Shown here: piece after piece, positions 1 through 8,432 of the stretch
How positions within the stretch are numbered: position 1 is the first letter of the stretch
Layout: every line of letters begins with the position of its first letter
Source: a virus
Taxonomy: Duplodnaviria; Heunggongvirae; Uroviricota; Caudoviricetes
Virus record (IMG/VR): IMGVR_UViG_2711768038_000002
Direction: 5' to 3' (one strand)
Length of the DNA: 10,694 bases
Translations under genes and position numbers: made by a program
The notes under the pieces: model-generated
Databases searched by the model: none
Told to the model about the DNA's origin: nothing
The model's input: only the letters and a program-made list of their open reading frames with translations

Positions 1-1158
1 ATGCTCACCGTTAAGCAGATTGAAGCAGCAAAGTCGAAAGAAAAACCATACCGCCTTCTCGATGGTAATGGCCTGTACCTTTATGTCCCTGTATCCGGGA
101 AAAAGGTATGGCAGCTTCGCTACAAGATTGACGGTAAGGAAAAAATACTGACCGTAGGAAAATATCCGCTTATGACTTTGCAGGAGGCAAGGGATAAAGC
201 ATGGACTGCGAGGAAAGACATCTCGGTTGGCATCGATCCGGTAAAGGCGAAAAAGGCTTCGTCTAACAACAATTCATTTAGTGCGATTTACAAGGAATGG
301 TACGAGCACAAGAAGCAAGTCTGGTCAGTAGGCTATGCAACTGAACTTGCCAAAATGTTTGATGACGACATTTTACCCATCATCGGAGGTCTTGAGATTC
401 AGGATATTGAGCCGATGCAACTGCTGGAAGTAATCCGCAGATTTGAAGATCGCGGTGCAATGGAGCGAGCCAACAAAGCCCGCAGAAGATGCGGCGAGGT
501 TTTTCGTTACGCTATTGTCACCGGAAGGGCTAAATATAACCCGGCACCTGACCTTGCAGACGCCATGAAGGGATACCGCAAGAAGAACTTCCCGTTTCTT
601 CCTGCAGACCAGATCCCTGCATTCAACAAAGCACTGGCAACATTTTCAGGAAGTATCGTATCGCTCATTGCGACCAAAGTTTTACGCTACACTGCCCTAA
701 GAACGAAAGAGCTTCGTTCCATGCTATGGAAGAACGTCGATTTTGAAAACAGGATTATCACCATCGACGCCAGTGTGATGAAGGGACGCAAAATTCATGT
801 GGTCCCGATGTCAGACCAGGTGGTTGAACTTCTCACTACGCTAAGCTCAATCACCAAACCAGTATCAGAGTTTGTTTTTGCCGGGCGCAACGATAAGAAG
901 AAGCCAATCTGCGAGAACGCGGTATTGCTTGTGATCAAACAAATCGGCTATGAGGGTCTGGAAAGCGGTCACGGATTCAGGCATGAATTCAGCACGATTA
1001 TGAACGAGCACGAATGGCCCGCTGATGCTATTGAAGTGCAACTGGCACATGCCAACGGCGGTTCTGTGCGTGGAATTTACAACCATGCTCAGTATCTCGA
1101 CAAACGCAGAGAAATGATGCAGTGGTGGGCAGACTGGCTTGATGGGAAGGTTGATTAA
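1..1158 (+). CDS. intS: Tyrosine recombinase / P4-family prophage integrase (IntS-like, argW-targeting type)
   Basis: Uninterrupted 385-aa ORF starting at position 1, stop TAA 1156-1158. C-terminal tyrosine-recombinase signatures are visible (HGFRHEF box with HxxR; GIYNH with the catalytic Tyr candidate). The N-terminus MLTVKQIEAAK...YRLLDGNGLYLYV matches the P4-like integrase arm-binding region. Length and sequence match my recollection of E. coli CPS-53/KplE1 IntS; not verified by search. Confidence 0.9.
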   Translation: MLTVKQIEAAKSKEKPYRLLDGNGLYLYVPVSGKKVWQLRYKIDGKEKILTVGKYPLMTLQEARDKAWTARKDISVGIDPVKAKKASSNNNSFSAIYKEWYEHKKQVWSVGYATELAKMFDDDILPIIGGLEIQDIEPMQLLEVIRRFEDRGAMERANKARRRCGEVFRYAIVTGRAKYNPAPDLADAMKGYRKKNFPFLPADQIPAFNKALATFSGSIVSLIATKVLRYTALRTKELRSMLWKNVDFENRIITIDASVMKGRKIHVVPMSDQVVELLTTLSSITKPVSEFVFAGRNDKKKPICENAVLLVIKQIGYEGLESGHGFRHEFSTIMNEHEWPADAIEVQLAHANGGSVRGIYNHAQYLDKRREMMQWWADWLDGKVD

Positions 1159-1349
1159 AGAACAATAACAGCGCGTTGCAGCAATTACAGGAAACATCTT
1201 GTTACATACTTGGTTTTATGTCACTAACAAACTAGAGAAATTATGCATGAATAGACATATCGATCGTTATTTTTGTTGGTGATATACTTAACTGAATTTT
1301 ATGCACAACCATGTTGCGAATTTACCACATCATTACAAGGCAAACGGAA

Positions 1350-1667
1350 ATGAATAAGGATAAATGCTTAAATATAATTATATTAATAATCATTATAACA
1401 ATAATTGTTATTTCTTTTTATCCTATGTCATCAAGCTCAAAAGGGCATGATACGCAAAGTATTTCAGGTGACAACTTTAAATTAAGATCTTCTTTCTCAA
1501 GAGAATATTCATCATGCATATCAAACCTCAAAATGATAGCGCTAGACTTTGCTGGTCATAACATAGATTTCAACAGCCATAGCCAGTTCATAGCTTCAAG
1601 TGGCGAGGAAAAAATATTAGTAAAATGCACAAAAGATAATAAGTTACTATACATGCAAAATAAATGA
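1350..1667 (+). CDS. Hypothetical small membrane-anchored protein (moron), 105 aa
   Basis: ATG at 1350 with a weak GGA-type RBS; an in-frame ATG at 1311 has no RBS. The N-terminus has a single hydrophobic segment (LNIIILIIIITIIVISFY) followed by a hydrophilic Ser-rich domain. The gene is very AT-rich and is followed immediately by a strong hairpin terminator. No recognisable family. Confidence 0.4.
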   Translation: MNKDKCLNIIILIIIITIIVISFYPMSSSSKGHDTQSISGDNFKLRSSFSREYSSCISNLKMIALDFAGHNIDFNSHSQFIASSGEEKILVKCTKDNKLLYMQNK

Positions 1668-1673
1668 GAATTT

Positions 1674-1700
1674 CCGCACGCTTATCGCGTGCGGTTTTTT
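1674..1700. terminator. Rho-independent terminator between convergent genes (canonical for + strand, weaker for - strand)
   Basis: Perfect 8-bp stem CCGCACGC / GCGTGCGG (1674-1681 and 1687-1694) with loop TTATC, followed on + by TTTTTTATTTTTT. It sits between the stop of the small + ORF (1667) and the stop of the - strand membrane-protein gene (1699-1701). Confidence 0.65.
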
Positions 1701-3066
1701 ATTTTTTAGGTAATATATAGTATATTACCTTATATGAAAAATAGACAAATGATACAGTTATTATATTTTTCAAGAAAATAAATAAAAAGAATTCAAGACT
1801 CTCCCTTGCCATAAAAAATGAAAAAGGCATTGTCATAAGTGCAGCTATTTGTAATACACCAACTCTCCTCATCAATATGATTTTATCAAGAAATCTAAAA
1901 ACAACGCCTGAGATAACATATGAGCACCAGAAAAAATACTTTCCGAAAATAACAAGCGATGACCCAAGCAAAGTTGATGCCATATTCAATCCATTGCTAA
2001 GACCAAGAGCACTCACGGTAAAGTAATATGAGCTATTCATTGTGACAATTGGTTTGTCAGACCATATGAATCTTGGGATAAACCCTGAAAATTGAGTAAA
2101 GAAATAATAAATACCACCAACATTGCGATCATTGCTAAAGTATTTAACAGCTATACTCTGATAATTGATAGGAGATACGCTATCAGCTAAATATCTGACT
2201 ATAATGCCAAAAAGAGAGCCAGACGCTGAAATATCAACATCTGAGTATCTCACTATAGCCATTACACCAATTAGAATTAAGCACACAGAGCCTATGCATA
2301 TTAATTTCAACATGCCAATTAAGCCTCTAGAGTGGCAAATAAGAGCAACAATAAACATTGCCGAAAACATTACATTTCTTGAGCCACCAATAAGTACGTA
2401 ATATGCCATCCCAAATAACAATGACATTATAATTGATTTAACGAATACATACTTATCGTCAGATGTAATTGCATACACTATAACAGCAGAAACAAAAGAT
2501 GACATTATCATTATAATGACACCACTACCAGCATTCCCGCCAAGCTTTAAAGCATAATCATCAGAATTAAAAGATATGCCGTTTATGGCATAAAAAGCCA
2601 TCATCCCAACAAAACTTAAAAACAACGTTGTTCTTACAAATAATTTTGGGCTACCAATAAAATATTTATCAGAAAAAGTTATTTTATTTCTTCCTGCCGC
2701 TGTATGAGAGAATACATAAAACAAAACTATACCAATAAACGACAACGTAGACACATCATTTATATATTGATACGGCATATATTCTGCAGAACTAACTTTT
2801 GCCCCAACTCTAAACGGAAGCGATATATACCCAAAAAAATGAGTAAAAACGAGGAATAACATCCCAACAGATTTGAATGACACGCCATGTTTTTTGAATG
2901 ACACGGCACTTAGATATATTAATATTATGGCATACAACGCAGGTAGCACATAAGTAAAAAATGATTCATAAATATTCATAATATTGTATGTAAAAATGAC
3001 TATTTTTACCCGATCTTTAAAGAAAGTACAGGATGATAGCGCGTTTCTACGCGCCATCATAGTCAC
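1699..3066 (-). CDS. Polytopic inner-membrane protein, putative O-antigen modification enzyme (Wzy-like polymerase candidate); lysogenic-conversion position
   Basis: 455-aa ORF with at least 10 long hydrophobic segments and a roughly 60-aa loop rich in Arg and aromatic residues between TM blocks. Very AT-rich compared with neighbours (by eye). The start ATG (3066-3064) overlaps the tailspike stop TGA (3065-3063) as ATGA; alternative in-frame starts lie near 2979. It occupies the position immediately downstream of the tailspike where P22-like phages carry oac or gtr conversion genes. The family call is inference only. Confidence 0.6.
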   Translation of the reverse strand: MTMMARRNALSSCTFFKDRVKIVIFTYNIMNIYESFFTYVLPALYAIILIYLSAVSFKKHGVSFKSVGMLFLVFTHFFGYISLPFRVGAKVSSAEYMPYQYINDVSTLSFIGIVLFYVFSHTAAGRNKITFSDKYFIGSPKLFVRTTLFLSFVGMMAFYAINGISFNSDDYALKLGGNAGSGVIIMIMSSFVSAVIVYAITSDDKYVFVKSIIMSLLFGMAYYVLIGGSRNVMFSAMFIVALICHSRGLIGMLKLICIGSVCLILIGVMAIVRYSDVDISASGSLFGIIVRYLADSVSPINYQSIAVKYFSNDRNVGGIYYFFTQFSGFIPRFIWSDKPIVTMNSSYYFTVSALGLSNGLNMASTLLGSSLVIFGKYFFWCSYVISGVVFRFLDKIILMRRVGVLQIAALMTMPFSFFMARESLEFFLFIFLKNIITVSFVYFSYKVIYYILPKK

Positions 3067-5246
3067 CTTACAACAAATTTGCCATTGCTAATGTCGTTAA
3101 CTAGTGTTGCCACTATGTTAGCAACATCCTTCGTAGATAGGGTGTTTACGTCTCCACCGCGTAACGCACCGGAATTGGTAAATGGATACTGCTGAGGTTG
3201 TGAGCTATTGGCAAACTGGTTGTTAGCCTCATAACGTTTTGTTGGTACAGGGTTGTACCCAATACTGCCTGTGGTTGTGTCAGGAGCCACGCAGTTCGTA
3301 ATGTTCACTATAGCGGCAGAACCACTACCATTTGTATATATTGGCCTGTTAACTGTCCCGAATGGTTGCACAGCTACCAGTCTGTTAACAATAACACTAT
3401 GTGTGGCTAGTGCCTGTAAATAAGATTCTGCGCTCCCGTTGCACCCCCTCAAGTTCACATTATCAACCTCTATGTGGCGGCAGTTAATGGTGACGATATA
3501 ATGACCATTTTCTGTGTTAGGGTAAGCGCCTACTATGCGAACATTTTTTAATGTTAAATCTGTGGTTGGCACCGCAGCAGGCCCACCGTTGAAAACAAAC
3601 CCTTTTGCACCATTTGCAAGTGCGTGTATCGTAATGCCGTCAAACTCGATGTCGGCAAGATTAGTCGTGGTATTGGCTGAGTTTGCCAAAAAATAAACAG
3701 CCTCAGCAGAGCAACCTGATATCAAGAAGTTAGAAAAACGCATCCTTGTGTTTTCTACCGGATAGAAGCGGCATAACAAACCCTGCGAGCAGTTACGAAT
3801 AACAACGTTATCATAGGATACGTCACTAGCTCCTTCAATTGCGACACCTGCATTCGAACTTTCTACATATAGTCCAGTAACTACTCCATTACGGAAATTC
3901 CCACGAAGCCCGTGGCTTTCACAGTTTTTGATTGTGGCGGCGTTTATGTTAACTCTTGTAATAGCTGTCCCTTCCCCGCTTCCGTTCACAAGGTCGTCTG
4001 ATTGAACACGCAAACCGTTACCGCCAGAGGTATTAATGCTCACATCGTGAATCATAAGATTAAGAGTACGGTTTGGCCGGTGTGATGAGAAGAACAAAGA
4101 TGAGGCCCAAGTGTTTCTGCAACGGATATGATGGACGTGCGCCTCTGTAGGGTCATTGACAATGATCGCCATGCCAGTGCGGTTGCTGCCATCTGGATCT
4201 TGAATTTTCCCACGACCACAATCATGTGAGTACAGATTATCGGCAAGAACCCATCTCCCATAATCCATCGTTACGTTGCTATTCCATGCCCCCTGCAATT
4301 CACACCCTGAAAGCTCAAGTGTACCTGCAGATTGCATGGCCAAACCAACCCCTGGGTCAAATGAAGCATTCTGCCGATAAAAATCAAACAAGAAATTACC
4401 GACAATGCGTATATCATATGGAGTATAGTCAAACTCTTGATTTGATTCGTTCCATGTCCGTGGGGATCTGAGCCATAATTGTCTGGAATCTACCGTCACT
4501 TTTGGCAATAACGGCTTTATGAGGATGTCTCCCTGAATATTAAATATACCTTCTACAGTTACGGGAGAGTAAGCGATCCCGATATTTCCAGATAGTGGAA
4601 GTAGTCTACTAAGTTGAGCGTCATTTTGTGCAATTTTCCAACCAGAATTAACCTCATTAAAAAATGATATTGGGTAAAGTTCAATATTATCATTAATTAC
4701 AGTTGAGTCATAACTGGTAATTGTCAATGGTGATGATAATGGTGTGCTCATCATCATAAGGGCGCCATCAAGCCTAACGAATCTTACACCTTCGGGAATT
4801 AAGTCTCCTATTTTTGCATCAATTCCAATTTTATTAGGATAAACCTCACCACCTAAAAATCCATTCATTCCTCGAAGCCAAGATAGATTTAACATGACTG
4901 ATAACTGATCTGGATCGTACTTCAGCACATTAGGGAAATAGAACTGCTGTGATCCATATGCATCGTACACAGCCATAGAATGCCCTTGTACAGTAACGAA
5001 CTTAGCAATCTGTCCGTTATATACAGGGTAGCCAGCAGCGTTAATAATTATTGGTTGCGAAACGGGAATGTGAGAGCCGTCTTCGTTCTCCACATAAACC
5101 TGAATTTGGTTTTCAGGATTTACCGGGTCCGTGTCAATTTTACCGATATAAATTTTGCCATTGGCTACGGCTTTAAAAGAACGAGCCATAGTGAAGAGTT
5201 GCGAAGGCATACTCACTACAACATTGGCATTTATTGAATCTGTCAT
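3063..5246 (-). CDS. P22-family tailspike protein (conserved N-terminal head-binding domain plus divergent beta-helix receptor-binding/depolymerase domain)
   Basis: 727-aa uninterrupted ORF with GGAG 8 nt upstream of ATG 5246-5244. The first ~110 aa ([59 protein letters not shown]...[17 protein letters not shown]...NVLKYDPDQ) match the P22 gp9 / Sf6 / HK620 tailspike head-binding domain as I recall it. The remainder shows repetitive N/G/V-rich beta-helix-like segments. Confidence 0.9.
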   Translation of the reverse strand: MTDSINANVVVSMPSQLFTMARSFKAVANGKIYIGKIDTDPVNPENQIQVYVENEDGSHIPVSQPIIINAAGYPVYNGQIAKFVTVQGHSMAVYDAYGSQQFYFPNVLKYDPDQLSVMLNLSWLRGMNGFLGGEVYPNKIGIDAKIGDLIPEGVRFVRLDGALMMMSTPLSSPLTITSYDSTVINDNIELYPISFFNEVNSGWKIAQNDAQLSRLLPLSGNIGIAYSPVTVEGIFNIQGDILIKPLLPKVTVDSRQLWLRSPRTWNESNQEFDYTPYDIRIVGNFLFDFYRQNASFDPGVGLAMQSAGTLELSGCELQGAWNSNVTMDYGRWVLADNLYSHDCGRGKIQDPDGSNRTGMAIIVNDPTEAHVHHIRCRNTWASSLFFSSHRPNRTLNLMIHDVSINTSGGNGLRVQSDDLVNGSGEGTAITRVNINAATIKNCESHGLRGNFRNGVVTGLYVESSNAGVAIEGASDVSYDNVVIRNCSQGLLCRFYPVENTRMRFSNFLISGCSAEAVYFLANSANTTTNLADIEFDGITIHALANGAKGFVFNGGPAAVPTTDLTLKNVRIVGAYPNTENGHYIVTINCRHIEVDNVNLRGCNGSAESYLQALATHSVIVNRLVAVQPFGTVNRPIYTNGSGSAAIVNITNCVAPDTTTGSIGYNPVPTKRYEANNQFANSSQPQQYPFTNSGALRGGDVNTLSTKDVANIVATLVNDISNGKFVVR

Positions 5247-5304
5247 TTAATTTGCTCCAGATGCAAGGAATCGCCGCAGCATGGCTACGGTGAATTTTGG
5301 GCAT

Positions 5305-5327
5305 AAAAAAACCCAGCCGAAGCTGGG
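5305..5327 (-). terminator. Rho-independent terminator acting on - strand transcripts, upstream of the tailspike gene
   Basis: Stem CCCAGC (5312-5317) / GCTGGG (5322-5327), loop CGAA, flanked on + by a 7-A run (5305-5311), which is a U-tract on the - strand immediately after the hairpin. Confidence 0.55.
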
Positions 5328-5379
5328 TCGTTGCGTTGGTTATCTGTCAGTAGTTATGCACTGGCTGAAGGATTTGTAC

Positions 5380-5409
5380 AAAAAACCACCTGACGGTGGG
5401 TTAATTTTT
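5380..5409 (-). terminator. Second hairpin terminator candidate (mainly - strand; weak on +)
   Basis: Stem CCACC (5386-5390) / GGTGG (5395-5399), loop TGAC, with a 6-A run upstream on + (U-tract on -) and TTAATTTTT downstream on +. Confidence 0.45.
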
Positions 5410-5427
5410 GCATTTACCTGGGCCATA

Positions 5428-5456
5428 TTGACTACTTATAAAATGAGATCAATATT
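5428..5456 (+). promoter_or_regulatory. Candidate sigma70-like promoter for the small basic protein gene
   Basis: TTGACT at 5428-5433, a 17-nt spacer, then AATATT at 5451-5456, about 35 nt upstream of ATG 5493. Pattern match by eye only. Confidence 0.25.
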
Positions 5457-5492
5457 TAATCGCCCAATAACGGGTGTATGTTGAGGTATATC

Positions 5493-5672
5493 ATGGCGAA
5501 AAAACCAGGTGAAAACACAGGAAAAAACGGCGGAATATACCAAGAAGTTGGCCCACGCGGCGGTAAGAAAGACAATTTTGCCACCGTCAAGGACAACGAA
5601 AGGCTTCCACCAACAACAAAGCCAGGTCATGGCTGGGTATTGGATAAGCGAACTCCAGACAGCAAAAAGTAA
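5493..5672 (+). CDS. Hypothetical small basic Lys/Gly-rich protein, 59 aa
   Basis: ATG 5493 is preceded by GAGG (5483-5486) at 6-nt spacing; the upstream in-frame ATG at 5478 lacks an RBS. Stop TAA 5670-5672 is followed by a hairpin terminator. No family recognised. Confidence 0.45.
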   Translation: MAKKPGENTGKNGGIYQEVGPRGGKKDNFATVKDNERLPPTTKPGHGWVLDKRTPDSKK

Positions 5673-5678
5673 TAATCA

Positions 5679-5700
5679 AGCCGGTTCACTCCGGCTTTTT
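5679..5700. terminator. Hairpin terminator shared by the convergent small-protein (+) and zincin-like (-) genes
   Basis: Stem AGCCGG (5679-5684) / CCGGCT (5691-5696), loop TTCACT, followed on + by TTTTT. The stop codon of the - strand gene (5686-5688) lies in the loop. Confidence 0.5.
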
Positions 5701-6051
5701 GATATGTCGCTCGCAGAACTCAACAAGCCTGCTCATTAAGTAGCAGTAAGTCTCGTTGGCTCTTCCTGGTTCAACATCAACACCTACCCTTGAGCAGATA
5801 TCGAATGCCATGTGAGCGCACTCATGGGCAATAGTAGATAGTTTGCCATTGAACACGCCTATCACATGCAAAACACCATTCTCGCTACTCATTGTATGAG
5901 ACGCTCCGTTGGCGTCCGAGTCATGCACGTCAACGCCAAGTTTTTGATGCAGGCGTTGCCATTCTGGAAAGTCTCTACAAAACACAATTGTACCGCTCTC
6001 AAAGAGCGGAACGAGCATCTTTGGTACGTTTCCAATGTTAACTTTTTTCAT
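5686..6051 (-). CDS. Putative zincin-like metallopeptidase (HEXXH motif; ImmA/IrrE- or SprT-like), 121 aa
   Basis: ATG 6051-6049 with AGGA 4 nt upstream. The protein contains AHECAHMAFD (H-E-x-x-H zinc-binding motif) preceded by a LGVDV...NGKLSTIAHE arrangement resembling ImmA/IrrE-family peptidases. The family call is from motif recall, not search. Confidence 0.55.
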   Translation of the reverse strand: MKKVNIGNVPKMLVPLFESGTIVFCRDFPEWQRLHQKLGVDVHDSDANGASHTMSSENGVLHVIGVFNGKLSTIAHECAHMAFDICSRVGVDVEPGRANETYCYLMSRLVEFCERHIKKPE

Positions 6052-6085
6052 GGTATCCTGCGCAAAACTAAGGAGAGTTAATTAT

Positions 6086-6571
6086 ATGAAAAAATCACTG
6101 TTAATTATCCCGCTTCTGCTGGCTGGGTGCGCAAAAGTAAGCGACTATCAGGCAAGTTGCGAGCAACGCTATCCAAAGCTTAGCGATATGGCTAATTGCC
6201 TTGATGCCAGCTTGAAGAACGACTCTCGCATGGCATCAGCACCAACACCTAAGCTTTATGTCCTTGCTGCGAAGATGCTCGGGCAAGGTGTCGATGAAGG
6301 CAAGATAAGTGACACACAGGCAAGACTTGAACTTCAGAATCTTTATGTTCAATTACAAAGCCAAGAACAAGCACAACAAATAGCACAAAGCCAAGCATTC
6401 CAGCAGGCTTTATTGAATTATCAGGCTGTAAACACAATGCAAGCGATCGAGCAAAAAGCGCGCCAGCCTGTTATAACTCAACCTTACCCAACACGCGTTG
6501 ACACATATACAAACTGCAATTCAGGATTTGGAAACACGGTAACATGCAACAGTAGCAGTAATATAAGATAG
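6086..6571 (+). CDS. Lipoprotein (signal peptide with lipobox LLAG-C), Gln-rich central region; candidate superinfection-exclusion or moron product
   Basis: ATG 6086 is preceded by AGGAGAG (6071-6077). The N-terminus MKKSLLIIPLLLAGCAK is a classical lipoprotein signal peptide with lipobox. The mature part has a Gln/Ala-rich, probably helical segment and several Cys. The ORF-track start at 6035 lacks an RBS and would bury the signal peptide. Confidence 0.7.
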   Translation: MKKSLLIIPLLLAGCAKVSDYQASCEQRYPKLSDMANCLDASLKNDSRMASAPTPKLYVLAAKMLGQGVDEGKISDTQARLELQNLYVQLQSQEQAQQIAQSQAFQQALLNYQAVNTMQAIEQKARQPVITQPYPTRVDTYTNCNSGFGNTVTCNSSSNIR

Positions 6572-6584
6572 TTATATCTTATTT

Positions 6585-8432
6585 TTATTGCTGTTCTGCT
6601 GTAATTTGGCTTGAAAGTATAGGGCGTATCGCATTTGCAGCATTATTTAGCGCTCTTTCATAGGCTGGTGTTCCTGCTTTGGTGTTTGCCAAACGTAAGA
6701 GAGCATTCCTTGCTGCTTTTGACTCATACAAGCGCATCATTGCACCGAAACCAGCCTCAAGCCCCATTGATACGCCAAGAGTCGCAGTTGCGCCAATCGT
6801 CCTTATCCTGTTGGCTTGCGATTGCCCCGTCTGAGTTACTACATTTGCGGTGTCTGACCTTGCTGTTTGCTGTAGAACTTCATGAAGAGAATCAAGCTCT
6901 TTCATGTGCTTTCCAGAAAAAATAGTGTTGTAAATTTCACCGCCTGACTGAGATTTCAGCTTATTAACTTCAGTGATGAACTTGGCTGGAGAGTCACCGG
7001 CCTTTTCCGCTATTTTGCTGACGTAAGCTGCACGCATAGCATCTTTCCCTTTATCATCCAATGCGCTCCAGATTCGTTTCACGTCAGATGGTTTTCTGCT
7101 TAATACAACGGTATTTATAAGTTCAGGACTGGCTTCACTGCTTGCCTTGTTGAGCTTGTTAGCAATGTTTTTATTAAGCACCTTATTATAAACGTTTGCA
7201 TAATCGGAATTTGCTTTAAGGTATTTTGCTGCGTCTGATGCACCGAGGTTTTTAGCAACTGCGTTACGAAGGTCTTTTGACATTGCATTCTCTACCATAT
7301 TGGTAGCTGCTTTTGCCTGGTTGGGGAAGACCATAGCATCTCCCTGAACATTAGATCTAAATGCTGTTCTGTGCTGACGCAAGAGATCAAACGTAACATC
7401 CAAATCAGTTGCAGGGTTAGCTAATTCTTCACGTAGGTTACGCAAGGATGTAAGCAGGCTTTGATTGGCTGAAGTCCCAAGCCGTTCCTGTCTTGCGATC
7501 GCTGCATTCAGAGCATTCATGGTATTTGTGGTATCAACTGCGGCATTACCCATTTTATTGGTGACGTCATTGATAACAGCGCCAGCAGCATCCTTCCGCC
7601 CCCTTAACGTGGTGGTCAGAGATTTCACCACATCATCAGGGTTGTACTCACCAAAACGGTCAAAATAATTGCTTACCAGCTTACTACGCGTTGCATATTG
7701 CTCCGCTCGCTTTAAGCCTGTCCCGAGCAAAGCCCCCTCGGCATCCTGAGTAAGGCCGCGAGTGAAAGCATTTTTCGGCGGGATAACATCAGATGTCATT
7801 GGTGTCACGCCCATCGATTCTGATGTGGCAATTTTCTTCGCCACTTCTGGCGCAATATCACCTTTTATAGCCGTTATTCCACGCCCTATTCCCTTTGCTG
7901 CTGCGGAAAGAACCCCCTGAGCGGCAAGGTTAACTCCGGCATTTTTGGCTGCATTTTGTGCGAAATCGCCTTTCTGATTTGCGGCCTCTGCCAGTGATCC
8001 AATAGCCATGCTTCCTGCCGTTCCAACGCCTGGAACTAAATACCCGCCAATTGTTTCACCGGCTTGCGCGTAAGGGTCGGTCGGTCGATCTACTGGACGA
8101 TAGACATCGTCCAAAACCTTGGGGCCACCAAGCCCCTGGCTGATTGCATTAATCAGACTTGCGCCACCCTGCAATACGTCAAATGGTATGTTTACCAGAC
8201 CACGACCAGCCTGCTCTGCAATTTGCCCTGCACTTTGCCCGCCTGTGAGCCAATCGCCAGCTTGTTGCATCAATGATGGTTCTTCACGTGCTGGTTCATT
8301 ATTGGCCTGATTAACTGTTTGTTGCTGAACAGCCTGACCAGCAAAATACTCATCAATGGCGGTGCCAATATCTTCCGTGCTCGTACCATCAGGGAAGGTA
8401 AATGTCTTACCGTTTGCAGTTACTTTCATCAT
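6585..8432 (-). CDS. P22 gp16-like ejection (DNA-transfer) protein
   Basis: 615-aa ORF. The N-terminus [33 protein letters not shown] matches my recollection of P22 gp16, and the size is close to P22 gp16 (about 609 aa). Start ATG 8432-8430 overlaps the stop TGA 8431-8429 of the upstream gp20-like gene as ATGA. Confidence 0.85.
   Translation of the reverse strand: MMKVTANGKTFTFPDGTSTEDIGTAIDEYFAGQAVQQQTVNQANNEPAREEPSLMQQAGDWLTGGQSAGQIAEQAGRGLVNIPFDVLQGGASLINAISQGLGGPKVLDDVYRPVDRPTDPYAQAGETIGGYLVPGVGTAGSMAIGSLAEAANQKGDFAQNAAKNAGVNLAAQGVLSAAAKGIGRGITAIKGDIAPEVAKKIATSESMGVTPMTSDVIPPKNAFTRGLTQDAEGALLGTGLKRAEQYATRSKLVSNYFDRFGEYNPDDVVKSLTTTLRGRKDAAGAVINDVTNKMGNAAVDTTNTMNALNAAIARQERLGTSANQSLLTSLRNLREELANPATDLDVTFDLLRQHRTAFRSNVQGDAMVFPNQAKAATNMVENAMSKDLRNAVAKNLGASDAAKYLKANSDYANVYNKVLNKNIANKLNKASSEASPELINTVVLSRKPSDVKRIWSALDDKGKDAMRAAYVSKIAEKAGDSPAKFITEVNKLKSQSGGEIYNTIFSGKHMKELDSLHEVLQQTARSDTANVVTQTGQSQANRIRTIGATATLGVSMGLEAGFGAMMRLYESKAARNALLRLANTKAGTPAYERALNNAANAIRPILSSQITAEQQ

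Noticed and set aside
865-1197. 110-aa ORF on the - strand inside and overlapping the end of the integrase gene
   Set aside because: It lies antisense within a well-supported integrase ORF, with no RBS and no recognisable motif; a typical shadow ORF.
2165-2401. 78-aa + strand ORF inside the membrane-protein gene
   Set aside because: Antisense to the long - strand ORF in very AT-rich DNA; no start context.
4052-5237. Short ORFs within the tailspike gene (4052-4261 on -, 4226-4471 on +, 4980-5237 on +)
   Set aside because: They are embedded in or antisense to the 727-aa tailspike ORF, which has clear family support; no independent signals.
5281-5484. 67-aa + strand ORF between the tailspike gene and the small basic-protein gene
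   Set aside because: It spans both hairpin terminators and the candidate promoter, and the product has no features; the region is better explained as regulatory intergenic DNA.
5436-5739. Overlapping ORFs 5436-5630 (-) and 5509-5739 (+)
   Set aside because: They overlap the RBS-supported 59-aa gene in other frames or strands; the 5509 ORF would read through the hairpin terminator.
6635-8310. + strand ORFs antisense to the gp16-like gene (6635-6925, 7465-7668, 8064-8276, 8119-8310)
   Set aside because: Shadow ORFs inside a 615-aa gene with strong family support.
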